This document shows positions 1 to 8,621 of a stretch of 64,000 nucleotides of DNA, piece after piece. A program made the translations under genes and the position numbers. Source of the stretch: Phormidesmis sp. (lineage in GTDB: Bacteria; Cyanobacteriota; Cyanobacteriia; Leptolyngbyales; Leptolyngbyaceae); assembly GCA_965248535.1 (NCBI GenBank), contig CBDFJR010000002.1, positions 480,001-544,000 of the forward strand, in the 5' to 3' direction. The notes under the pieces are model-generated. The model saw nothing but the letters and a program-made list of their open reading frames with translations, was not told the origin of the DNA and searched no databases. Numbering within the stretch: the stretch's first letter is position 1; each line of letters opens with the position of its first letter.

Positions 1-1026
1 TTAAGCTGTGTAAACGGTGCCCAGTCCGAGGGCGCTTAAACCTTTGCGATAAGCGATCGAGGTTCTATCAGCCCGAATGTGCGCTTCAGCGATCAGATCT
101 AAAGGCAAATCTTCGGGATATTGGGCTTCTACCACTTCTTTATCTTCAGCAAACACCTGATAGTTAAATTCATAGACAGGTTCTAGGGGCATCTCGCGAT
201 CGAAGTTGCGACAAATCGGGCAAAAAACGCGAGTCTTGCGGGCAGACACCGGAGAGGCAGCATTGAGAATGCACAATCGTCCATCACCAGGGAAGTGAAC
301 CGTCAGCCGAGCCGTAAACGGAAAGTAAACATCAAAGACGCGCAGCCACTCAAAATCAGCAGGCGCGAGATCTTGCAGCCCTTTGGGAAAATTGCTGACG
401 GTGCTGAGATATTCAACATGAACCCCGTTTTTGGTAGGATTCACGTCATAGCGAGGCACGATCGGGTTATTAGAATCTCCAAAGGTGTTGGTATGCACCC
501 AGGCAAAATGCGCCACATCTAGAAACCCTTCCATCTGTCTACCTGCTGCCGCATTCAAATCGACGGCATCGGGCAAGATTTGCTGATAGCTGGCATCCTC
601 CCATTCAAAAAATTCGGGTAATGGATATGCGCCGCCCGCTAAAGAAGTCCAAACTAGGCCATAGGCTTCTTGAACCGGATAGGTCTTGAGACAAAGTTTA
701 GGCGGAATGCTAGCACCGGGCTGAGAAGGAATCAGCACACAGCGGCCATCGGCCGAATAGTGAAAGCCGTGATATTTACACACCAGTTGATCAGCGTGAA
801 CCTGTCCCATGCTTAGAGGAATGCCGCGATGCAAACAGATGTCATTGGCCACCGACAGCCCTGACGTTGTTCGCCAGATGACGAGACGCTGATCGAGCAA
901 AGTGGCTGAAACTGGCTCGTCTTTGACGCTGTGGCTAAAGGCGATCGGATACCAAAACTGAGACAGCACATCCCAATCAGGTTCAGCAAAGGTGCACCCT
1001 TTGGGGTAAGTCGTTGGATGGGTCAT
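1..1026 (-). CDS. Rieske non-heme iron oxygenase alpha subunit (VanA / methylxanthine N-demethylase-like)
   Basis: Rieske motifs CLHRG...CKYHG; mononuclear Fe motif EGFLDVAHFAWVH; C-terminal EDK..VEAQ.PEDLPLD. Confidence 0.85.
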   Translation of the reverse strand: MTHPTTYPKGCTFAEPDWDVLSQFWYPIAFSHSVKDEPVSATLLDQRLVIWRTTSGLSVANDICLHRGIPLSMGQVHADQLVCKYHGFHYSADGRCVLIPSQPGASIPPKLCLKTYPVQEAYGLVWTSLAGGAYPLPEFFEWEDASYQQILPDAVDLNAAAGRQMEGFLDVAHFAWVHTNTFGDSNNPIVPRYDVNPTKNGVHVEYLSTVSNFPKGLQDLAPADFEWLRVFDVYFPFTARLTVHFPGDGRLCILNAASPVSARKTRVFCPICRNFDREMPLEPVYEFNYQVFAEDKEVVEAQYPEDLPLDLIAEAHIRADRTSIAYRKGLSALGLGTVYTA

Positions 1027-1080
1027 CGTGATGAATATGACAATAGTCTGTAGGAGAGCAAAGCATTGATCAAACGATTA

Positions 1081-1533
1081 TCAAGGGGTCTTTTTCAGGT
1101 TTATCCCGTCGCTTATTTTGGCAGAAATCTCCTCAGGCGTGGGACTAAACATCTCTTTTTTGTTCATGAAAAACTGCTTCTTTTGCTCTGGCGTTAGGGA
1201 GGTCAAAAAGTCTTTTGCGGGCAGGGACTTGAATAGCGCCGCTAACTTCGTTTTTTGAGCCGGAGTTAGGGTAATAGATTTAAATGCTTTGCGTAGGCTG
1301 GTTTTGTTTTCTACAACGGCCGCTTCAAGTTGGGTGCGTTGCTCTGGGGTCAAAATGCTTTCAATCTGCTGCAAAAACTGCGCTTTTAGTTTCTCCATCA
1401 AATCGGCTGGTTTGTCAACGGTTGCAGTCCCAGCCGAGACAGCGACCAGAGATTGAGCGTGGGCAGTGTCTACGATAGCAAAGCTGACCAAAACTATCAA
1501 ACAAGCAACGATCGCGGTCAATAAGCGCTTCAT
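1081..1533 (-). CDS. Secreted helical protein, Spy/CpxP-like
   Basis: Signal peptide MKRLLTAIVACLIVL..AHA from ATG 1533; repeated LTPEQ/LTPAQ motifs. Confidence 0.6.
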   Translation of the reverse strand: MKRLLTAIVACLIVLVSFAIVDTAHAQSLVAVSAGTATVDKPADLMEKLKAQFLQQIESILTPEQRTQLEAAVVENKTSLRKAFKSITLTPAQKTKLAALFKSLPAKDFLTSLTPEQKKQFFMNKKEMFSPTPEEISAKISDGINLKKTP

Positions 1534-1580
1534 AGTTTGGGTTCCTCTTGGCTGGGGTGATGGTTCAATAGCCTTTGCGC

Positions 1581-2366
1581 CTAAACCTTTGCAGGAGACA
1601 AATGGTGCTGCGTATAGGCTGCGATCGCCAACAGACTCACGGCTGACAGAGGCAAAATGAGACTCCACCAAGACTCTGCTAGCAGCACAAAAAACGCGGC
1701 CGCTAACCCTCCTAAGGCAAACCCTGTAATGACCGGAATAAACCGACTCATGCGCTCAAGGGCTTCCTCAGCTTCCTGTTTGGACTCACTTTGAGACGGA
1801 GACAACCGAGCACACAGAAACTGTACGAGGTCGATCGTCAGTTGCGTCGTGTTTCCGGTCATCACCGTGGTGGGAATGTAGCTTTTGAAGACTCCTTTCG
1901 CCTCCTTCATCAGGGCGTTTTGAATCGCCATTGCCACGACTCCTGCCATCCCGATCGGCAGAATATATTCTTCCTGTACGTCTAGCAGCAGCGCTGGCGA
2001 GAGACTGGTGCCAATGACTAAGAAAACCCCTAACGCGATCGCTTCTGCCGTTAAAAGAACTGCAAAAACTGACCACTGTTTGCGGCGGGCATAGCGGGCT
2101 AGCAGCGAAGTTAACGCAACGGTTAGCATGAAAGTAGGCAGCATCAACAGGCGGGTCAGCGTCGTCTCTGCGTCTGAACTCACAAAAGATGAGCCTGCTA
2201 GGGCAATGTTGCCCGTGACGTGAGCGGTGAAGATGCCAAACAAAATAATAAACGCTGATGTATCAACAAACCCCGCAACCCAACTGAGCATAAAGCCAGC
2301 AGGTGCATCGCTGATTAAGAAAGCGCTAAGACTAAAGGTGCGATCGCGACTTTGAACGACGGTCAT
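1581..2366 (-). CDS. YoaK/DUF1275 family membrane protein
   Basis: AGFVD, FTAHVTGN, AMAIQNA and TTVMTGN motifs; multiple TM helices; ATG 2366 with GGGGGAG upstream. Confidence 0.85.
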   Translation of the reverse strand: MTVVQSRDRTFSLSAFLISDAPAGFMLSWVAGFVDTSAFIILFGIFTAHVTGNIALAGSSFVSSDAETTLTRLLMLPTFMLTVALTSLLARYARRKQWSVFAVLLTAEAIALGVFLVIGTSLSPALLLDVQEEYILPIGMAGVVAMAIQNALMKEAKGVFKSYIPTTVMTGNTTQLTIDLVQFLCARLSPSQSESKQEAEEALERMSRFIPVITGFALGGLAAAFFVLLAESWWSLILPLSAVSLLAIAAYTQHHLSPAKV

Positions 2367-2491
2367 GACTCCCCCTGGTGCAGGTCTATATCGTGTGGGC
2401 AATCTGGATGATCAGCGTGTCAGAAAGGCTTGAAAAAGGAATGAGGGATGGAAATTAGGTTTCCACCTTTCGTCCCTCTTTCTAAAGTCCT

Positions 2492-2980
2492 CTACAGATC
2501 GGTTGCTTCGTCTGCTTTCGCCTCTACTGGTTTCGCTTTCGCCTCAGCTTTTGCCGCTTCCTTGAGTTTTTTGGCTTCCGCTTTGACTTTCTTCGCCTCA
2601 GCTTTGGTCGCCTCTTTGACTTTCTTTGCCTCAGCCTTTGCCGCTTCTTTGGCTTTCTTCGCCTCAGCCTTTGCTGCCTTCTTCGCGGCTTTTGCCTCAG
2701 CTTTCGCGGTTTCCTCGGCGGTTTTCTCTAGGTCTGCCGCTTTAGCTTCAACGGCTTTAGCATCCACTGCTTCAACGACTTCAGGAGCCTCGACAACGGC
2801 CTCAGCCACTAGCATTGATGCTGGACTGATGAAATCTTCGCTCTGAGACAGCCCAACTTGAACAAGTTTATCTGCCTGTGCTGCGCTGGGAGCGCCAACC
2901 AGCAAGCCTAAACAGAGTATAAGGGATAGAACAAATGCGTTAAATTTTGCGTTAAATTTGCGGTTCGTCAATTTAGCCAT
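2492..2980 (-). CDS. Secreted Ala/Lys/Glu-rich low-complexity protein
   Basis: Signal peptide followed by repeated KAEAKK(A/V/L)KEA units; co-oriented in operon. Confidence 0.65.
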   Translation of the reverse strand: MAKLTNRKFNAKFNAFVLSLILCLGLLVGAPSAAQADKLVQVGLSQSEDFISPASMLVAEAVVEAPEVVEAVDAKAVEAKAADLEKTAEETAKAEAKAAKKAAKAEAKKAKEAAKAEAKKVKEATKAEAKKVKAEAKKLKEAAKAEAKAKPVEAKADEATDL

Positions 2981-3011
2981 GAGTCATCAGTCCTCTCAAT
3001 TTCAAACCTGA

Positions 3012-4457
3012 TTAATCTGAAAAGCTCGACTGTTCAAGATGTTCAGCCGATTCTGCTAGGGCTTCCATTGTCGGGTTGAGCGGTGAGGGTTGGGGCAACA
3101 CCAGATTTAAGACCAGAGCACAAATAGAGCCTGTCGCAATTCCTGACTCTAAAATGGTGTGAATCAGAGGCGGGAAGGCTTTTAATGACTCAGGGGCAAA
3201 CGTCACACCCAAACCGAGTGACAGAGAAACCGCTAAAATCACGGTTGATCGATTGTCCATTGGAATCGATCGCAGAATGTTTAAACCCGCTACGGCAACG
3301 GTGCCAAACATCAGCATCACGGCTCCGCCGACGACGGGCATGGGAATGGTTCTGAGAACGCCGCCAATAATCGGAAACAATCCCAAAAACGACAAAATCG
3401 CTGCCACATAGTAACCAACGTAGCGACTGCCTACACCCGTTAGCTGAATGATGCCGTTGTTTTGAGCTAGGGTGACCACCGGAAACGTGCTGCAAATGGC
3501 AGCCATGAGCGAATTTACGCCATCGCCCAAAATCCCACCTTTGAGCCGTCGAAAAAAGATGGTGCCTGCGATCGGTTCACCTGTCACCATTGAGGTGGCG
3601 GTGATATCACCAATCACTTCTAGGGTCAGAGTTAGATAAATAATGGCGAACGGAATAAAAGTCGGAAGATCAAACGCTAAACCAAACCTGAAGGGAATGG
3701 GAAGATTAATGATCGGCAGAGTGCCAATGCTGCTGAAATTGATCAAGCCCATGAACAGCGAGATGACAAACCCGATCACCAAGCCAATGATGATGGAACC
3801 CATCTTCAAATATTTGTTAGAACTGGCGCTACAGAGGGCTACGATCGCAAACACGGTTCCCGATAGCCCCCAATTGGGTAGACTGCCCAAGGTCTTGGTT
3901 GCCAAGGCGGGGCCACCACCTGCCATATAAAACATGCCGACTTTGATCAGCGTTAGACCAATGAGAGTTACGGCAACGCCCGTCACCAGGGGAGTAAAGA
4001 TTTTACGGGTCAGGTGCAAAAAGCGGCTCATGATAATGGGAATAAATGAGCCAAAGAAACACATTCCCAACACCAACGCTAGGGCTTGTTCAGGAGTCTT
4101 TCCCTGGTCTAGTGACGAGTTAACCACGGCAAGAATCGCGCTCACAAACGCAAAACTTGTTCCTTGGATGCTGAGCAACCCCGACCCCAAGGGGCCGAAT
4201 GTGTAAGCTTGAATGAACGTGGCCACCCCAGAAACGAGGAGAGACATTCCTAGAATGTAGCTGGTTGTCGGAACGTCTAATTTCAGTGCTCCGGCGATGA
4301 TTAAGCCTGGGGTGACGATCGGGATAAAAATCGCGCAAACGTGCTGCAAGGCGACAAAAATTCCGTCTCCAATCGAGGGCTTATCATTTAAGCCATAGAG
4401 CAGTTTGGGAAGAGGAGCAGTCAGACTGCTTTCGGAGTGAGTATCTACATGGGTCAT
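3012..4457 (-). CDS. NCS2/NAT family xanthine/uracil permease
   Basis: QH in TM1 (ALQHV), NAT signature AQNNGIIQLTGVGSR, many TM helices. Confidence 0.9.
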   Translation of the reverse strand: MTHVDTHSESSLTAPLPKLLYGLNDKPSIGDGIFVALQHVCAIFIPIVTPGLIIAGALKLDVPTTSYILGMSLLVSGVATFIQAYTFGPLGSGLLSIQGTSFAFVSAILAVVNSSLDQGKTPEQALALVLGMCFFGSFIPIIMSRFLHLTRKIFTPLVTGVAVTLIGLTLIKVGMFYMAGGGPALATKTLGSLPNWGLSGTVFAIVALCSASSNKYLKMGSIIIGLVIGFVISLFMGLINFSSIGTLPIINLPIPFRFGLAFDLPTFIPFAIIYLTLTLEVIGDITATSMVTGEPIAGTIFFRRLKGGILGDGVNSLMAAICSTFPVVTLAQNNGIIQLTGVGSRYVGYYVAAILSFLGLFPIIGGVLRTIPMPVVGGAVMLMFGTVAVAGLNILRSIPMDNRSTVILAVSLSLGLGVTFAPESLKAFPPLIHTILESGIATGSICALVLNLVLPQPSPLNPTMEALAESAEHLEQSSFSD

Positions 4458-4549
4458 GGTTGAAGCCTCGGCTTTTCCTAAGGCAAAAGTTCAGGATGAT
4501 GCAAATAGTGAGTGAATGCTAGGGTGTTCGACCGGGCCGAACCTACTTC

Positions 4550-4562
4550 GTATACGGTATAC
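4550..4562. promoter_or_regulatory. Palindromic operator candidate GTATAC-G-GTATAC (GntR-like)
   Basis: Palindrome about 95 bp upstream of the permease start. Confidence 0.4.
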
Positions 4563-4833
4563 AATTCAGTCATAACGCTTGCTGTGTCTGGCAATACATT
4601 CTAGACCTAGTTCAGTCTTACGATCGAGTTGTCCTTGGCTTCTGAGGAAATTTGGCGGTGCGTTAGAAACGAGACTTTTTGAACCCGATCGATATCGTTA
4701 GATAGAAATTTGAGACCTACAGAATAATTAAAACTAGGATTCTTTACGGATAGCTCGACGATTGTTTGAATTAATCTAAAGGACAAGAAATTTTAATTCT
4801 AAACTTAACCATCTCTCAGAACCAGCCTAAAAA

Positions 4834-6117
4834 ATGAATGTCAAAAAAGTTGCTGTCTTGACTATGCTGGTACTGAAGCGACTGAGGTTTGAAATGGTTC
4901 TAAAAACAGGTTCAACTCGATTTTTTGGGTTGCTATTTAGCTGTGGGGTCATTTGGGTTAGCTGCGATCGCCACCCAGTCGCTGCCTCACCTGCTCCGCT
5001 GCAACTAGCGCAATTTAATATCAGAATCCCCGGCATTAATATTCCTGGAATTCCGTCGGTTGATGGGGTGATCAAGGGCGCGATCGCTGACCAGATTACT
5101 CAGTCTTTGGGGCGCACCCTACAAACCGAAGCGCCGATTGCCTCCAGCGCCCAAGACACGTTTCCTACGGTTGCCCAACTTCCAGGCGGGACGTTTCGCC
5201 CCAGTGGTGATCTGCGCTCGATCGCGTCACAAATTCGCGCTAGCCGCAATGGGGCGGTCATGCTAGCGCCGGGTGACTATGCCATTCCAGTGGACGTATT
5301 TTGCATGAAACACGCGGCTTCTAGCCCTTCAGGACATCGCTATTTGCTGGCTCCCCTCAAGGGCAAATTGGCGGATGTGATCGTCGCTCTCAACTCGCGC
5401 ACAGTGGGGTCAAACCTGCCCCATCAGCAGTTGCAAGTGCTGTCGTGGAATTTGCAGGCAGGCATGAAATATGAGGAAATGACCCCAGAACTGCGAACGA
5501 TCGTCGATCAAGTTCTGCCAGACTTTAAACCCCGGTTCACCCGCAGCTTTTTAGAACAGATTGATGCTAGCTGGAGTCAACTTTCCAGCACGATTCCCGG
5601 TTTGCCGTCGATGGATTCTAGCCTCGATCGCTTGGGCAGCGTCGGCAAAACCGTGGTGACCCTCAAGCAAACCCGCGAAACACTGCTGCGCTATGGCAAT
5701 AACTATGAGTCGCTGTCTCGTGCTCTGGTTAATCAAGAGACTCGTGCTACCTCTGGCGAAACGCCTTGGAGTCGCATCAGCGATCGGGTTTATGCCCGCA
5801 TGGTGACCCAGGGCAACTACAGCACGCCTGCTCAACTGCAAGTGCGCGTTGTGAATGGAGTTAACGCGATCGTGCCGCAGCAAATTGCCTCCAGTCAAGG
5901 CATGGCTAGCATCATTCTCGCGGCTTCTCCCGTCCCGGTGAGTTTGACAAATCTGGTGGCCGATCCGCAAAACGCAGGCATCCAGCCCTTGTCAATGTCG
6001 CCCCAGCCGCCCAAACCCGACGAAGATGAAGACGAAAGCGGCTCTGGCACTCTAGAACTCAAGGGTGAAGGCTATACGGGGAATCAATCGCCGCCGCGAG
6101 GTCTGCCCCAAGTCTAA
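4834..6117 (+). CDS. Hypothetical, probably exported protein
   Basis: 427-aa ORF with a hydrophobic N-terminal segment and an FCM motif; start uncertain. Confidence 0.6.
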   Translation: MNVKKVAVLTMLVLKRLRFEMVLKTGSTRFFGLLFSCGVIWVSCDRHPVAASPAPLQLAQFNIRIPGINIPGIPSVDGVIKGAIADQITQSLGRTLQTEAPIASSAQDTFPTVAQLPGGTFRPSGDLRSIASQIRASRNGAVMLAPGDYAIPVDVFCMKHAASSPSGHRYLLAPLKGKLADVIVALNSRTVGSNLPHQQLQVLSWNLQAGMKYEEMTPELRTIVDQVLPDFKPRFTRSFLEQIDASWSQLSSTIPGLPSMDSSLDRLGSVGKTVVTLKQTRETLLRYGNNYESLSRALVNQETRATSGETPWSRISDRVYARMVTQGNYSTPAQLQVRVVNGVNAIVPQQIASSQGMASIILAASPVPVSLTNLVADPQNAGIQPLSMSPQPPKPDEDEDESGSGTLELKGEGYTGNQSPPRGLPQV

Positions 6118-6118
6118 A

Positions 6119-6727
6119 TTAAGGAAACTTTGCGCCCTGAGTTTCGCCGTGCTGGGTGCTAGCGTCATATTTTACGTGGTTTGCATCCAAGGTCGCCTGG
6201 GCTTGCTGCTGCACCTTCTTGGCTGACTCTAATAAGGCTGGACAAGAAGCCGCCTCCGGCAAGGCTTTGATCTTTGCTAGCAGATCTTTGCCTGCATCAA
6301 TGCTTAACTGTTGGTGCCCCGTCTCGTGGGTCTGCACCTTGGCCAAAAAAGCAGTCCACTTAGCTACCAAAGCCGGATCGGTGCCAGCAGGCGGGGCCCA
6401 TTGCGGTAAAACGAACTGCGTTGTAACGGTGACTTTGACCGACTTAATGCGACAACTCTTGCCTTTTTTGCCCCCGGACGTAAAGTTAGCCAAGGGGTTA
6501 GAAACCGTCTTGGCATCAAAGCGACGATTTTCTTTAGCGCTGAAGGGGCCTAGCTGATTCATCTGCGATCGTAGCTCGGCCGCTGTCGAGCCTTTAATCA
6601 CATAGGGGGCTGGGGTGGGCGGTGACACCACCAAATCTGGATCGTCTGCCCAGGCCGCGATCGCCCCCCAACCAAGAAAAGCCGGAGTTAGAGATAGAGC
6701 GATCGCGATCACAGATTGAGTAGACAT
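6119..6727 (-). CDS. DUF922-like secreted Zn-dependent protease
   Basis: Signal peptide; Y.I.G.T..EL, LP.W and HETGH (HExxH) motifs; YD..T.HG.TQG C-terminus. Confidence 0.75.
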   Translation of the reverse strand: MSTQSVIAIALSLTPAFLGWGAIAAWADDPDLVVSPPTPAPYVIKGSTAAELRSQMNQLGPFSAKENRRFDAKTVSNPLANFTSGGKKGKSCRIKSVKVTVTTQFVLPQWAPPAGTDPALVAKWTAFLAKVQTHETGHQQLSIDAGKDLLAKIKALPEAASCPALLESAKKVQQQAQATLDANHVKYDASTQHGETQGAKFP

Positions 6728-6877
6728 GGGCTGCGATTAATCAATGATTGTTCTATCAAAGCACACCGCTATCTACTTAGTGCCAGATTTACGCTAGCAT
6801 TCTCTTGATGAATCGCGAAATGACAGCCGTCCGAATCCTCTAAGATTTATATCGCTTAGACATTTAACAACACACTA

Positions 6878-7408
6878 TTGAATCACTCTCAGACGAATTT
6901 GAATCAAGTCAACAAACCGGATATTGGCTATCTGCCAACGCCGCAGACAACGGTTGAAGCGATGCTGTCGTTAGGGAACGTGAATGAGTCTGACCTGCTC
7001 TATGACTTGGGAAGTGGAGACGGACGGATCTTAATCACGGCTGCTCAAAAGTTCGGCACTCGTGGAGTAGGGATTGATATTGATCCATTGCGGATTGGTC
7101 AAGCGATCGCCCAAGCTAACCAAGCAAATGTCAGCGATCGGGTCACATTCCTTCAGCAAAATCTCTTTGAAAGCGATTTTTATGAGGCCACGATCGTGGT
7201 GCTTTATTTGCTGCCTCACTTGAATCTCAGGCTTCGACCCAGACTCTTAGAGCACCTAAAACCAGGGACACGAATTCTCTCTCACAGCTTTGACATGGGC
7301 GACTGGCTGCCCGATCAAGTTCAGAGCGTAGAGTCTCCAGAGGAAAGCTCAACGATTTATCTGTGGGTCATTCCTGACGAGATTCCAGACTATTTGCGAT
7401 CGCCCTAG
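6878..7408 (+). CDS. Class I SAM-dependent methyltransferase
   Basis: YDLGSGDGR, GIDID, YLLP..NL.L, KPGTRILSHSF. Confidence 0.85.
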   Translation: MNHSQTNLNQVNKPDIGYLPTPQTTVEAMLSLGNVNESDLLYDLGSGDGRILITAAQKFGTRGVGIDIDPLRIGQAIAQANQANVSDRVTFLQQNLFESDFYEATIVVLYLLPHLNLRLRPRLLEHLKPGTRILSHSFDMGDWLPDQVQSVESPEESSTIYLWVIPDEIPDYLRSP

Positions 7409-7695
7409 CCTTCAACCGCGATCACCGACTCGATCAGGGCTTCGGCACTGGTGCTATATTCCCGATCGCTGATCCAATCTAGGTCGAGCCATTCTTCGAC
7501 GACATCAAGCAGCGCTCTCACGGCCAAATCACGCCGAATCAGTTCTACGATCGCATCCCAAGCAGCCGTTGCCGTGGGGAAAAATCCCATCTCTACGCGA
7601 TACCCGGCTGAGTGCCACCAAATGCCGACCCAGCCTGAGTTTTCTTGAGTCAGTTCGATTTGTTGTCCAAGATAGTGCATCATAGGTCTGATCAA
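7405..7695 (-). CDS. Hypothetical protein
   Basis: 96-aa ORF with protein-like composition, convergent with the methyltransferase. Confidence 0.45.
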   Translation of the reverse strand: MIRPMMHYLGQQIELTQENSGWVGIWWHSAGYRVEMGFFPTATAAWDAIVELIRRDLAVRALLDVVEEWLDLDWISDREYSTSAEALIESVIAVEG

Positions 7696-7808
7696 AGAGA
7701 CTGAATAGCATCAGGATAGGCAGTTTAATCAGGGTTAACATCTGTCCAAGAAGCGGAATCTCGCACTGTTATCTCATTCCATCGGAGTAAAACATCGAAA
7801 GGAGGCAG

Positions 7809-7970
7809 AAAACTCGGAGGTTTACGCAAGAATTCCGCATTTGAACTTAATGTTTGTCTCAAACCTCCGAGTTTTGTATACGCGAAAACTCGGAGGTTTA
7901 CACAGAAAACTCGGAGGTTTACGCAAGAATTCCGTTTGAACTTAATGTTTGTCTCAAACCTCCGAGTTTT
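7809..7970. repeat. Duplicated inverted-repeat element (five copies of 15-mer AAAACTCGGAGGTTT or its complement)
   Basis: 15-mer at 7809, 7885, 7906; complement at 7861, 7956; two near-identical internal segments. Confidence 0.85.
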
Positions 7971-7974
7971 GTAT

Positions 7975-8319
7975 TTAGAGGGTTTGTTCGTTCCAACGCA
8001 CCGTTAAGACCACTGAGTCTGTTTCAGCTAGCCAAGTGTGGGCCGTGTTGGGCAACCAGAGGGCATAGTCACCCGGCGTAGACAGCCAGACTTGGCGATC
8101 GGGAAATGTTAATAAAAACCGTCCGCTCACCAACACAGAAAGCGTCGTGGTGTCGGCAGGCGGTGACCACTGCGATCGGGCCTCTCCAGCCCTATGAGTG
8201 CCCCATTTGACTTCTAAACGGTCGGTCGATCGGGGGTCATCAGGCGTGATGAACTTGCCGACAAACCATCCCCAGTGGGTTTCTCCATCAATTTGAGCGT
8301 TGCCCGTGGTGACTGACAT
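7975..8319 (-). CDS. Small cupin-fold protein
   Basis: GWFVGKF, EVKWG.H..G, L...GDY.LW....HTW. Confidence 0.7.
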   Translation of the reverse strand: MSVTTGNAQIDGETHWGWFVGKFITPDDPRSTDRLEVKWGTHRAGEARSQWSPPADTTTLSVLVSGRFLLTFPDRQVWLSTPGDYALWLPNTAHTWLAETDSVVLTVRWNEQTL

Positions 8320-8621
8320 GAGGACGAAAATTGAATCGGTGAACCGCTAAATTTTGCAAAAATTAATAAAAGCAAAACTTTTTTCTGTCTTTAGAATGAT
8401 GCAGAAATTGAGATAGGATCTAAGAAAGAAAAGTTTTTTGACAACCTATTCTTAAACAACTCAACGTCTCACCAGATATTGAGAAAAGTTTGCGTTGTCT
8501 CCTATTGTTAAGTACGATTTCGCAAACGTTCTTAACAGTCATTTTTTAAGGCGATCGTCCCTTTGTGATCACGCCGTCATCAGATTAAACAACTTCCTCT
8601 CCATCCTGAAGGTTCTAGCCA

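Noticed and set aside
2448..2846. 132-aa plus-strand Ala/Phe/Ser ORF
   Set aside because: Antisense shadow of the AEAKK-repeat gene
4550..4562. NtcA box
   Set aside because: Spacing is GTA-N7-TAC, not the canonical N8
7809..7970. Possible CRISPR array
   Set aside because: Repeats are 15 bp in both orientations, the intervening sequences are duplicated rather than unique, and no cas genes are present
7854..8081. 75-aa ORF with ENSEVY repeats
   Set aside because: Translation of the repeat element, overlapping the cupin gene antisense
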